Shown in pieces: positions 1 through 9,238 of a stretch of DNA of 64,000 nt. The notes under the pieces were generated by a model that was not told the DNA's origin, searched no databases, and saw only the letters and a program-made list of their open reading frames with translations. The translations under genes and the position numbers were made by a program. The DNA is from Planctomycetota bacterium (GTDB lineage Bacteria; Planctomycetota; UBA1135; UBA2386): NCBI GenBank assembly GCA_965228735.1, contig OZ245838.1, positions 4,128,001 through 4,192,000 of the forward strand, written 5' to 3'. The first letter of the stretch is position 1, and every line of letters starts with the position of its first letter.

Positions 1-285
1 CTCGTGGCAGTGCTTGCCCGTGAGGATCGTCGCGCGCGACGGACCGCAGATGGAGTTGCCGCAGAAGTTGTTGCGGAACAGGAGGCCCGCGTTCGCGATG
101 CGGTCGATGTTCGGCGTCTCGTTGATCCCCGAGCCGTAGGCGCTGATCGCGTGCGCGGCGTGGTCATCGCTGAAGATGAACACGATGTTGGGGCGGGTGC
201 CGGAGAGCGGCCGCTGTGCGATCGCACAACCGGCCGTGACCGGAACGGCGATCGCCGCGGCGAGGACGAGCTGGAGGCGGGTCAT
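1..285 (-). CDS. Sulfatase, N-terminal part (runs off the window edge)
   Basis: Not in the ORF track. Reverse strand from ATG at 285 reads [20 protein letters not shown]...[12 protein letters not shown]...TPNIDRIA...[15 protein letters not shown]: signal peptide, [10 protein letters not shown] motif and CxPSR formylglycine motif. Confidence 0.93.
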   Translation of the reverse strand, partial: MTRLQLVLAAAIAVPVTAGCAIAQRPLSGTRPNIVFIFSDDHAAHAISAYGSGINETPNIDRIANAGLLFRNNFCGNSICGPSRATILTGKHCHE

Positions 286-383
286 GGGCGCGCGACTGTA
301 AGGGCTGGCGGCCGGATTTCCGGCTCTGGGTGTGTCCGGTCCGGAACGGCCCTGTCGATCCACCAGGAACCGCAATCCGTCTT

Positions 384-414
384 CAGAGCCCGAACGCCCC
401 AGAGCCCGAACGCC
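384..414 (+). repeat. Direct repeat, 2 x CAGAGCCCGAACGCC (16-bp period), just before the ATG at 416
   Basis: Copies at 384-398 and 400-414. Confidence 0.8.
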
Positions 415-415
415 A

Positions 416-2680
416 ATGTCTCGCTCAACCCGACTGTTCTCCCTGGCGCTGCTCGGCGCCTTCGCGATCGACCTGCTGCCGGCCCAGGTGCCGGTCCACA
501 CCGCCGCCGACGACGACGGCAGGGCGTACGGCACGTGGGCCGCGGGCGACGACTACAAGGTCGCGTTCGACGGCGGCATGACGTTCGTCCCGTATCTCGG
601 CAAGGACTACCCGGAGAACCGCCCGTTCTCCTGGCGCACCGCATCGTTCCGAATCGGCGAGACCGAGCTGCTCGGTGAGGGTGAACAGCCCGAGTCCGCG
701 GCGGCGGCGAATGGCTGGCGCTACGAGTACCGCTTCGCGGCGTTCACCGAGGCCTACGACGTGCGTCCGGACGGCGTCGAACAGACCTTCGTGATCCCAC
801 AGCGCCTCGCGACGGGCTCCCTCGGCACGCTGGAGATCCGCGGCGCGATCGCCACCGATCTCACTGCCGCACCGCGCGGCCACGAGCACGCACCGCTCGT
901 GTTCGGCGACGCGCAGGGCAACACGGTGTTGCGCTACGGCGCCGCAGTCGCGATCGATGCTGCCGGCGAGCAGTGCGCGATGACGACCGCGTTCGATGAC
1001 GGCGCGGTCACGTTGCGACTCGACGGTGAGTGGCTGGCGAGCGCGACGTTCCCGGTCGTCGTCGACCCGCTGCTCGGCGTGTTCTTCGCGAGCGGGGGCA
1101 ATCTCACGACCGAGGTCGACGTGCTCCACGACCCGCTCGGCAGCGGTGGCCACATCTGGCAGACGACAACGCGCTGGGCCAGCGCCAACGACTCCGACGT
1201 GTTCCTCCGTCGCATCGAGAGCAACGGCTCGTCGACGCCGGTCTACGCGGACACGAGTTCACTGTGGTCGTCGATGCACCCGAGCCTCGGGCGCCATCGC
1301 TACGGCGCCTGCACGCTGCTCGCGTTCGTGCGGCACTTCCACAACTCGGACACCCGCAAGCTGCGGTGGCACAAGCACGGCCGCGCCGACTTCACGCTGT
1401 CGACGAGCTTCGGCTCGGTCGACACCGGGCTCTTCCAGGCGCAGCGCCCGCGCGTGGCGTCCGACCTGAGCGTGATCACGGGCCAGTATCTGCTCGTCGT
1501 CTACCAACAGGAGAACGGCCACACGTTCTACGAGAACAACGGCAGCGAGATCTGGGGTGCGGTGATCAGTCTCTACGGCGCCGGTTCGGCCGCCCTGCCG
1601 TTCGCCATTCACGACCAGACGTTCGAGGACGCCGAACGCCCGGACGTGTCGACGATCGAACTCGGCGGCAATCACACGTGGACGGTCGCCTACCAGGTGA
1701 TCGGCAACAGCCCGATGTGGAGTCCGCATACGAGTTGGGACATCGAGATGCGCCGCGTCGATCGCCACGGCAACGTCTCGGCGGAGACCGTGATCGCCTC
1801 CAGCTCTGACCGCCACGACATGGGACCGAAGCTGGCCGGGCTGAACGACACGTTGTTCCTCGGCTACACCAACGGCTACTCGTCCGAGCTCGGCAGCCGG
1901 CCGACGGAAGCACGCGGCACGGCGATCGTGACCGAGCGGCGCGAGTGGAACGGCGCGAGCTTCGACCTGCCCTACTCGAGCTACTACACGGCCTCGACCA
2001 ACAATCTCGGCGAGTGGCGCGAGCTCTGTGACATGGAGCTGGATCTCACCACCCGCAGTCACTGCGCCAGACTCATTCGCTACGACAACGCCAGCGTCCT
2101 CTTCACGGTCACCGGCTACCAGGGGCGCCGCGTGCACGGCGAGCTCGCCTACGCCGGCGGCTGGGCCAGCGACGCGCTCGACGCCGCTGCGGCGTTCGAC
2201 GAGAACGACGGCACGTTCGTGCTCGGCACCGCCTACGACTCCGCGCAGAACGCGACGAGCGGCGTCGTCCTCGACCGCTACGCCCACCCGACGGCCGCGC
2301 CGATCCAGTCGACCGGCCTCGGCTGCGGCAGCGGCACGCTGTCGTGGGTCGGCAGCCAGCTCATCGGCGACGAGGACTGCGAGGTGCGCATCGACAACAT
2401 CGCGCCGACCGCGCTCGCGGCGATCGTCGTCGGGCTGCAGCCGTACTCGCAGTTGCTGCCGCCGATGCCGCCCGTCGTGCCGGGCTGCTGGCAGCTCGTG
2501 CCGACCGCCGGTCCCGGCAGCCTCGCGACGCTGCCGATCGTCATCGGGTCGAACGGCTACGACATCGACCTGCCCGAAGCGTTGATTCCGTTCACGCTCT
2601 ACTTCCAGGGCGTGCACTTCGACGCGAGCAACGCCTCGGTCTACACGACCGAGCGCCTCGAAGTGCCGCTCGTCAAGTAG
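416..2680 (+). CDS. Large secreted protein (conserved N-terminal domain ending PVVVDP, beta-rich middle, shared C-terminal domain)
   Basis: ORF 332..2680; likely start [24 protein letters not shown] (signal peptide); paralogue of the convergent gene. Confidence 0.85.
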   Translation: MSRSTRLFSLALLGAFAIDLLPAQVPVHTAADDDGRAYGTWAAGDDYKVAFDGGMTFVPYLGKDYPENRPFSWRTASFRIGETELLGEGEQPESAAAANGWRYEYRFAAFTEAYDVRPDGVEQTFVIPQRLATGSLGTLEIRGAIATDLTAAPRGHEHAPLVFGDAQGNTVLRYGAAVAIDAAGEQCAMTTAFDDGAVTLRLDGEWLASATFPVVVDPLLGVFFASGGNLTTEVDVLHDPLGSGGHIWQTTTRWASANDSDVFLRRIESNGSSTPVYADTSSLWSSMHPSLGRHRYGACTLLAFVRHFHNSDTRKLRWHKHGRADFTLSTSFGSVDTGLFQAQRPRVASDLSVITGQYLLVVYQQENGHTFYENNGSEIWGAVISLYGAGSAALPFAIHDQTFEDAERPDVSTIELGGNHTWTVAYQVIGNSPMWSPHTSWDIEMRRVDRHGNVSAETVIASSSDRHDMGPKLAGLNDTLFLGYTNGYSSELGSRPTEARGTAIVTERREWNGASFDLPYSSYYTASTNNLGEWRELCDMELDLTTRSHCARLIRYDNASVLFTVTGYQGRRVHGELAYAGGWASDALDAAAAFDENDGTFVLGTAYDSAQNATSGVVLDRYAHPTAAPIQSTGLGCGSGTLSWVGSQLIGDEDCEVRIDNIAPTALAAIVVGLQPYSQLLPPMPPVVPGCWQLVPTAGPGSLATLPIVIGSNGYDIDLPEALIPFTLYFQGVHFDASNASVYTTERLEVPLVK

Positions 2681-2712
2681 GCGGCGCGAGGTGCCGCCCG
2701 CCGAACGAACGG

Positions 2713-5055
2713 CTACTTGATCACCGGCACCTCGAGACGCCGCGTCGACTCGAAGCGCGTGCCGTCGAAGACCCAATCCTGGAAGTAGAGGGTCAGCGGC
2801 GGCAACCACTCGGGCAGCGGGAAGGTCCAGCGCGGGAAACCCTGGCTCGGCGCCAGCTGGAAGTTCATCGTGCCGAGGTAGGCCGGTCCGTTGTCCACGA
2901 GGAGGAAGCAGCCGGACCCGACCGCGGGGTCGATGATCTGCAGGTTCTCCGGCGCGAGCGACACGAGCATGAAATGACCGCTGCCCGCCGGCGCGCTCAG
3001 CACGTAGATGAAGTCGGTCTCCGAACCGATCTGGCGACCGCCGTTCCAGCGCGGAGACACCGAACTGCAGCCCGGGCCAACGAGCGCCGTCGGGCCGGGC
3101 GGGTTGTACTCGAGCGGCCGACCCTGAAGGACCGCGCTCGAGCCCGTGGAACTGCCGGTCACCACGGAATACTGGTCGGGCCCGAGGGCAAACGTCACGG
3201 CTCCGGACTGCGCGAGCCCAGCGAGCGCGTCAGCCGGGCCTTCGGTCGGCTGGCCGGTGTAGCCGACGATCGCGTAGCGCGGCGTGTAGGCGCCGTTCCC
3301 CATCGATTCACGCCACAGCGGCGCAAAGTGCGAACGGTCGCGGCGATCGAACGCGAGGTCGAGCGTCTGCAGCACGCGTGTCGCCGATGCCTCCAACACG
3401 ATGGGTGCCTGATCACCCGCCGGGTCGGGCGTGGCGCTGCCCTCGAACCAGTCGAAGCGTTCGAGCTGCATCCGCGTGCCGGCCATGCTCGTCGTCTTGC
3501 TGAGGAAGAACGTCGGATACGACGCGAACAACACCGCCCAGCGGCCGTTGCCGCCTTCGACGACGGGGCGCAGCTGGTGCTCGTTGGACGCCGCCGCGAC
3601 GTCGCTCGTCCAGGTCCCCGACGCCACGGTGCCGGTCTGCGAGATGCGCTTGCCCGCGAGGTCCCAGTCGTCCGACGACAGCAGGTTGTTGTAGGTCTGG
3701 TAGACGCACATCCACGAGTACGGTGAGCCGTCCGCGACCTGGTTGACGCTCGGGCGCTCGTCGTCGGTCACGAGCGACGCACCGATCGGGAACTCCGTGC
3801 CGAACGTCCCGTTCGTGGTCGTGACGTCGAGGCGCACGCCGTAGACCGCGCTGCCGGCGACGTTGGAGAAGCCGCCCACGTTGTTCTCGCGCTGGAACAC
3901 GACGAGCGCATGCGAGCCGGTCGAGAATTGGCCGACGCCGCCGACGTCCGGGCGCCAATCGTTGCCACTCGAGGGCACGAACGACGTGTAGGTCGAGCTC
4001 TGCGTCAGATCTCCCAGATCGCGCACGTGCGCTCGCAGCTGACTGACGGTCGTCGGATTGTTCACGAAGTGACGGCGGAACACGATGGCCCAGCGGTCGG
4101 GGCCCGCCACGAAGGCCACGGCCGGGTGGTCGGTCACCCACGATGTGGTCATGTCGGTGAAGACCGTCACTGCACCAGCGAAGTCCTCGTCCGTGAGCCG
4201 CCCGAAGACGTCGACGTCGGTCGCCGAGAACGCCGCCGACCAGACCGTCAGGACGTCGTCACCGTGGACCCCATCGATGTGCGCGACGTCGACGTCCTCG
4301 AGCGGCACATCGCCCAGGTATCCGGCCACGGAAACCGGCGAGGTGAAGAACGGGTCGACGACGACCGGCAGCGTCGCTTTCGCGAGCCAGGTCCCGGGCA
4401 CGCTCAGCGTGATCTCGCCGTTCTCGTATCCAGTCAGCAGTTCGATCCTGTCACCGGTCGCGTCAAAGGCGAACGCCTTGCCGTAGCGCACGACCTCGTT
4501 GCCCTGCGCGTCGCGGAACGCCAGCGCGCCGTGCGCCGGCGCCATGCCGTCCGCATGCAGCTCGGTGGCCACCTTGCCGGTGATCACGAGGTCGCCGTTC
4601 CCCGGCAGTGTCTCGAACACGAACGTCTGCTCGAGCCCTGCGTGCAGCACGTCGTAGGCTTCGGTGAACGCCGCGAAGCGGTATTCGAATCGGTAACCGT
4701 CACCGTGCGGCACCGGGTGTTCGCCACGTTCGAGCAGATCGCGTTCACCGCGGCGCACCGACGCGGTCCGCCAACTCACCGGCAGATTGCGCGGATAGCC
4801 GCGCCCGAGCATCGGCACGAACGTCATGCCGTCGTGGAACGACGCCTTGTAGTGACCGCCGCCGGCCCAGATGCCGTACTCGGCACCGAGGTCGGGCGCT
4901 GCCGTGTGCACGGCGACGCGGAAGTCGTCGAACGGCACGCCTTCGGCCTGGGCGGCGAGCGGCGATGCGATCGACGCCACCAGCAACGCGATCACGGTGG
5001 TCTTCAGGGCAGGAGAAGGCGTCCCAGGGACGACACGAGGGCGAACGACACACAT
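2713..5055 (-). CDS. Large secreted protein, paralogue of 416..2680 (start uncertain: ATG 5055, CTG 5007 or GTG 4995)
   Basis: Signal peptide VIALLVASIASPLAAQ; shares [50 protein letters not shown] and the C-terminal TLYFQ...RLEVP. Confidence 0.85.
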   Translation of the reverse strand: MCVVRPRVVPGTPSPALKTTVIALLVASIASPLAAQAEGVPFDDFRVAVHTAAPDLGAEYGIWAGGGHYKASFHDGMTFVPMLGRGYPRNLPVSWRTASVRRGERDLLERGEHPVPHGDGYRFEYRFAAFTEAYDVLHAGLEQTFVFETLPGNGDLVITGKVATELHADGMAPAHGALAFRDAQGNEVVRYGKAFAFDATGDRIELLTGYENGEITLSVPGTWLAKATLPVVVDPFFTSPVSVAGYLGDVPLEDVDVAHIDGVHGDDVLTVWSAAFSATDVDVFGRLTDEDFAGAVTVFTDMTTSWVTDHPAVAFVAGPDRWAIVFRRHFVNNPTTVSQLRAHVRDLGDLTQSSTYTSFVPSSGNDWRPDVGGVGQFSTGSHALVVFQRENNVGGFSNVAGSAVYGVRLDVTTTNGTFGTEFPIGASLVTDDERPSVNQVADGSPYSWMCVYQTYNNLLSSDDWDLAGKRISQTGTVASGTWTSDVAAASNEHQLRPVVEGGNGRWAVLFASYPTFFLSKTTSMAGTRMQLERFDWFEGSATPDPAGDQAPIVLEASATRVLQTLDLAFDRRDRSHFAPLWRESMGNGAYTPRYAIVGYTGQPTEGPADALAGLAQSGAVTFALGPDQYSVVTGSSTGSSAVLQGRPLEYNPPGPTALVGPGCSSVSPRWNGGRQIGSETDFIYVLSAPAGSGHFMLVSLAPENLQIIDPAVGSGCFLLVDNGPAYLGTMNFQLAPSQGFPRWTFPLPEWLPPLTLYFQDWVFDGTRFESTRRLEVPVIK

Positions 5056-5174
5056 CGTGCAGGGGGTAGCGAGAGCGCTGCGCTGCCCGACTGCGATTTC
5101 CCCGAGAAACGCTCGCCCCGCAACACCCGAGTCATAAGCCCCAGCGAACCATGGGGCTGCGCGTTCACCAGGCG

Positions 5175-6515
5175 TCACCGCCGGCGCCAGAGCAGCCAGC
5201 CGGTCTGCAACAGCCCGGCGACCGTGAACGCCGCGAGCGCCACGTAGATCCCGCGCACGCCGGGCAGCAGCTCGACGCCCGCCACGAGCCCGGCCGTGCA
5301 CGCGACGAGGTAGACGACGACGGCCTCCGTGATCGGTCGCGTGCGGCCCTCGCTCACGAGCACACCCTGGTGGTAGTTCTGGGCAACCGCGTAGCCCGGC
5401 ATCAGCAGCGCGAAGAGCAGCGCCGAACCCGCGAGCGTCGTGAGTTCGTCGGACAGCCCGCTGACCGTGCCGAACCAGAACGCGCCGAGCGGCGTCAGGG
5501 CCAGGACGGCGAGCACGGTCATCGCGATCAGGCCGATCTGCGTGCCGAAGCGGCGCAGCGCCGGCTTGCCGCCGGGCTGCCCCGCGAGCGTGACGACCAC
5601 TTCGTTGAACGCGAACCCCGCGCTGCGGGTGAGGAACACGATGCCGTAGACCGCCGGCCACGCCGCGAGCGACGCGAGCGGGTCGGCCATCTGACTCATC
5701 GCCCACGAACCGATCGGCTGGATGACGATCGTGATCAGAGGGGTGAACGCGAGCGGCAGATAGAACCGCGAGAACGCGCGCCACGTGAGTTCGGAGTCGT
5801 CGGTCGCGGCAGCCAATCGTGGTCGCCCGACGTTGCGGTAGCACCAGCCCGCGAACAGCGCCTCGAGAACGACGCCGAGCGCGACCCCGATCGTCCCGAC
5901 GACGATGCCGGGCAGGCCGCCGACCAGGAGCCCGATCGCGAGCACGACCACGTTCGTGAGCAGCCGGATGATCGTGCCGTAGACGACGACGTCCGACCGT
6001 TCACAGCGGATCAGCACCCCCTGCTGGAAGCGCCGGTACGCGATGGCCCAGGTCCACGGCAGCATGATCTGCATGCCGATTCGGCCGGGCTCCACCGTCT
6101 CGGGCGGGACCTGGATCAGATCGAGCGCGATCCAATCGAACAGCGGCGTGAACGCGACGAGCGCGTGCACCACGGTCAGCACGAGCCCGGAAACGTGCGT
6201 GAAGCGCAGCAGGCGCGCGTGCGCCGCGAGGTTCTTCGCGAGCGCCGTCGACGCCGCGAGCAACATGATGATCGGCGCCTCGATGAGGATCGACAGCGGG
6301 TAGACGAGCGCTCCCATCGCCGCGAGGTGCACCTCGCCGCCCGGCATGCGCGTCATCGCGACCGCGAGCATCGGCATCTCGACGCCCATGAGCAGCCAGC
6401 TGCCGGCCAACGGCCACCACAGCGACAACACCCGGCGCGCGTCGACGATCGCACCGTCCGTGGGCTGCGGCTCGCCGGCCGGCGGCGCTGCGGGGGGTGA
6501 ATCGAGGGCGGACAA
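5175..6515 (-). CDS. MATE/MOP-superfamily multi-pass membrane protein, ANKH-like (start approximate)
   Basis: About 12 hydrophobic segments with an internal two-fold repeat (LWWPLAGSWLL / FYLPLAFTPLI; HLAAMG / SLAAWP). Confidence 0.7.
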   Translation of the reverse strand: MSALDSPPAAPPAGEPQPTDGAIVDARRVLSLWWPLAGSWLLMGVEMPMLAVAMTRMPGGEVHLAAMGALVYPLSILIEAPIIMLLAASTALAKNLAAHARLLRFTHVSGLVLTVVHALVAFTPLFDWIALDLIQVPPETVEPGRIGMQIMLPWTWAIAYRRFQQGVLIRCERSDVVVYGTIIRLLTNVVVLAIGLLVGGLPGIVVGTIGVALGVVLEALFAGWCYRNVGRPRLAAATDDSELTWRAFSRFYLPLAFTPLITIVIQPIGSWAMSQMADPLASLAAWPAVYGIVFLTRSAGFAFNEVVVTLAGQPGGKPALRRFGTQIGLIAMTVLAVLALTPLGAFWFGTVSGLSDELTTLAGSALLFALLMPGYAVAQNYHQGVLVSEGRTRPITEAVVVYLVACTAGLVAGVELLPGVRGIYVALAAFTVAGLLQTGWLLWRRR

Positions 6516-6595
6516 GGCGTCGCTTTCTCGGCTCCGCCGTCGCCGAACGCAAGCGCCCGTTTCGGCGGCCGCCGCGACTGGCCAAACGGACCCGG

Positions 6596-6946
6596 TTACC
6601 GACCCTTCCAGCAGAGCCAGAACGAGAACAGCACGACGAGTGCGGCGGCCGTCGTGACGGAGACGAACAGCGGCTGGCCGGCGGTGCGGCCGACGAGGAA
6701 GTACCAGGTCAACCAACCGAAAACGCAGACGGTGGCGAGGGTGATTCCGAGTATGCGCTGGACACCCGAGCTGCCCCCGAGCTCCCGGACCATCTCGGCA
6801 TGCGCGAGCTCGAACGCGGCATCGAGGTCCGCACGCGCGAGCTGCGGCTCGACCTCGCGCTGTGATCGCACCGCGGCAGCGAGCTTCTCGGCGAGGCGCA
6901 CCGCGCGCGGCCCCGCCGTCGCGCTCTTCGGGGTGATCACGATCAT
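6596..6946 (-). CDS. Small hypothetical membrane protein with 2 C-terminal TM helices
   Basis: 116-aa ORF that fills the gap between co-oriented genes; two hydrophobic stretches. Confidence 0.65.
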   Translation of the reverse strand: MIVITPKSATAGPRAVRLAEKLAAAVRSQREVEPQLARADLDAAFELAHAEMVRELGGSSGVQRILGITLATVCVFGWLTWYFLVGRTAGQPLFVSVTTAAALVVLFSFWLCWKGR

Positions 6947-6989
6947 CGCCGGACTCTACGGCACTCGACCACCAGAGCTACGCCCGGCC

Positions 6990-7886
6990 CTACTTCAGCA
7001 GATCCGGATCGAACGGCAGGTTGGTGCGCAGCTTGTAGCGCCGGTTGCGTTCGCCCGTGCCGACGAACCCGATCTGCCAGATCCCGGCCTGGGCGCAGAC
7101 GAGGAACAGCGGTTCGACCGCCAGAAACGGCGTCGGCCCATCGAGCAGCACGAGCAGTTCGCCCTCACAGACCGGCTGGATGCCGCCGGGCCCGACCCGC
7201 TTCACGGGCCAGTCGAAGCGCTCTGGGATGCCGGCGATCTTCTCGGCCTCCGCGATCGGCATCCGCCCGCCGGGCCGCCCGCCGAGACCGCTGAACATCG
7301 GCGCGTCGAACCCGGCCTTCTGCGCAAGCTCCCAGACCGCGAGCACGTCCTGCATGGCGACCTCCCGATCGACCTCGAACAGCAGGTGCTTCGGCCCGCG
7401 CACGTTCGCGACCCGCGCTGCCAGTTGCGTCACGATCTGCCGCACTGCCGCCGACTCGATCCGCGGCCCGCGAAACTGCGGTGCGTCGCGCCGCTCGCCG
7501 ATGACGATCGTCTCGCCCTTCTGCTGCAACACGATCCGCACCGGCCCGCGCGGGTTCGCGGCGAGCGCGCCGCCGTCGTCCTTGACCTCGACCTCTTCGA
7601 CCACCTCGCCCGGGCTCGCCTTCGGCAGCGCCGCCCCGTGATCCCCGCGGCCGCGCTGCAACTCGTGCAGCCCCCACGTCCCGTTCGACCGCCGCACGGC
7701 CAGCACGAGCGGCCCGTTCCCGGCCGCGACGTCGACCCCGGTCGACAACTTCGGCGGCTCCAACCCCTCGCGCTCGATTAGCTGCCGCACGAGCCCATCC
7801 GCCAGCGACCGCTTCACGGGCGCCACTTCGACGGGCTCCTGCGCCACCGCACAACCGAGCAGAACCACCAACACGAAGAGTCTCAC
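6990..7886 (-). CDS. Exported protein with two ExbD/TolR-like periplasmic modules
   Basis: GTG start MRLFVLVVLLGCAVAQ; LLFEVDREVAMQDVLAVWELAQKAGF and LLVLLDGPTPFLAVEPLFLVCAQAGIWQIGF both resemble the ExbD C-terminal beta-alpha-beta pattern. Confidence 0.6.
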   Translation of the reverse strand: MRLFVLVVLLGCAVAQEPVEVAPVKRSLADGLVRQLIEREGLEPPKLSTGVDVAAGNGPLVLAVRRSNGTWGLHELQRGRGDHGAALPKASPGEVVEEVEVKDDGGALAANPRGPVRIVLQQKGETIVIGERRDAPQFRGPRIESAAVRQIVTQLAARVANVRGPKHLLFEVDREVAMQDVLAVWELAQKAGFDAPMFSGLGGRPGGRMPIAEAEKIAGIPERFDWPVKRVGPGGIQPVCEGELLVLLDGPTPFLAVEPLFLVCAQAGIWQIGFVGTGERNRRYKLRTNLPFDPDLLK

Positions 7887-7893
7887 CCCCGGA

Positions 7894-7992
7894 ACGGTAC
7901 CCGGTTCGATCTGCCGGCGTAACCCGCGGGCGCGACAGGATGCCACCTCGAACCAGGTACCGTACGGCGGGCAAGGTACCGTACGGCGGGCA
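7894..7992. repeat. REP/REPIN-like inverted-repeat element with a 19-bp tandem duplication
   Basis: Arms ACGGTACCCGGTTCGA (7894-7909) and TCGAACCAGGTACCGT (7948-7963), 1 mismatch; AGGTACCGTACGGCGGGCA duplicated at 7955-7973 and 7974-7992. Confidence 0.85.
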
Positions 7993-7996
7993 GCGA

Positions 7997-9238
7997 TCAG
8001 AACGCGAAGTTCCAGCCGACCTCGAACGCGTTGTCGTCCGACACGTCGAACGGCAGGCGGCCGGCGCGGTAGGTCGCGAAGAAGCCGTCCTGGTGCGTGA
8101 TCGCGACCGCGACGTAGTCGTAGCTCTCGAGGCCCGCGGCCTGCACCGCGGCCGAAGCGTCGAGCTCCTGGAAGTAGCGGTAGTTCACGCCGACGAAGAG
8201 GTCGCGCTCTTCACCACCCCACTTGAGCCGCAGGAATGGGGTCTTCATACCCGCCTCGAGCATGAGGCGCGGGAACGCCGAGTTGTCGCCGACCATCGCC
8301 CGCGGGTCGTTGCCTTCGGGCTCGACGAGGTCGAGCTTGGCACGAAGGTACGGCAGCGCGTTGCCGCGCGGCGAGAAGCCGCCGTCCCAGCCGCTGAGCC
8401 AACGCGTGATCGCGAACGGATAGTCCGCCACGTTCAGCCAGCTGAGCAGCGTGTCCTGACCGTATGACTTGACGTCGAGCCAGAGCGACCCGCCGACCGT
8501 GACGTTGCGCGCCGTGAACCGCTGGTTGGTCTCGTAACCGCCGTGCAGCTCGGCTTCGACGAAATAGTGGTTCGGGTCGACGAGCTCCGCCATGCGGGCC
8601 CTGATCCGGCGGAGCTTCGCCTCGTTGCCCGCTGCACCTACCATCTCGTTGATCAAGCCCGTGAACTGCGCCTCGGTCCCGGTCCAGCCCGGCACGTTGC
8701 CGAGCCAGTACGAGAACGCGACCTCCGAGACGAGGAAGTCCGCCGGGTTGGTCGCGTCATCGAACGCGACGCTGCCCTTCGCGCGCAGTTCGAACGCCGC
8801 GTGGTTGGCAGGAATGCCGTTCTCGTCACGCTGCTCACCGAACTCGTGTGACTTCTCGTAGTCGTACCCGAAGCCGAGGCTGCTCTCGGCCCCCTGGTTC
8901 TCGAACGTCTTGAGCTCGAGCTGCAGGTTCTGGAACAACGACTCGGCGGGCCCGTCCTCGAAGTTGAACATGTTGCCGAAGACACGGCCCGTGGCCTTGC
9001 CGGCGAGCTTCCGAGCGACCTTGCTGACCGCCGAGGGATTCTCCGCGATGAACTTGGCGATCTCCTTCTCGGCCTTCTCCCGCGGGTTCTCGACGGGCTC
9101 CGACGCACGAACGGGCTCGCCGCCGCCGGCCTCGATCGCTCCGGGATCGAACGGCTCGGGTCCGCGCCATGCGCTCGGCGTCCCGACACATGCGACCAAC
9201 GCGAACGCCGCCGCCATCGCCAACACCGAACGGCACAT
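7997..9238 (-). CDS. Putative lipoprotein / outer-membrane beta-barrel protein
   Basis: Start [17 protein letters not shown] (lipobox-like); alternating aromatic beta strands; C-terminus FEVGWNFAF; start overlaps the upstream stop (TGATG). Confidence 0.65.
   Translation of the reverse strand: MCRSVLAMAAAFALVACVGTPSAWRGPEPFDPGAIEAGGGEPVRASEPVENPREKAEKEIAKFIAENPSAVSKVARKLAGKATGRVFGNMFNFEDGPAESLFQNLQLELKTFENQGAESSLGFGYDYEKSHEFGEQRDENGIPANHAAFELRAKGSVAFDDATNPADFLVSEVAFSYWLGNVPGWTGTEAQFTGLINEMVGAAGNEAKLRRIRARMAELVDPNHYFVEAELHGGYETNQRFTARNVTVGGSLWLDVKSYGQDTLLSWLNVADYPFAITRWLSGWDGGFSPRGNALPYLRAKLDLVEPEGNDPRAMVGDNSAFPRLMLEAGMKTPFLRLKWGGEERDLFVGVNYRYFQELDASAAVQAAGLESYDYVAVAITHQDGFFATYRAGRLPFDVSDDNAFEVGWNFAF

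Noticed and set aside
2713..5844. Extended N-termini in the ORF track (e.g. 1043 aa here; 9565 for glyQ, 37220 for the kinase, 33559 for the glycosylase)
   Set aside because: The extensions overlap neighbouring genes and lack family motifs; downstream starts match signal peptides or family N-termini
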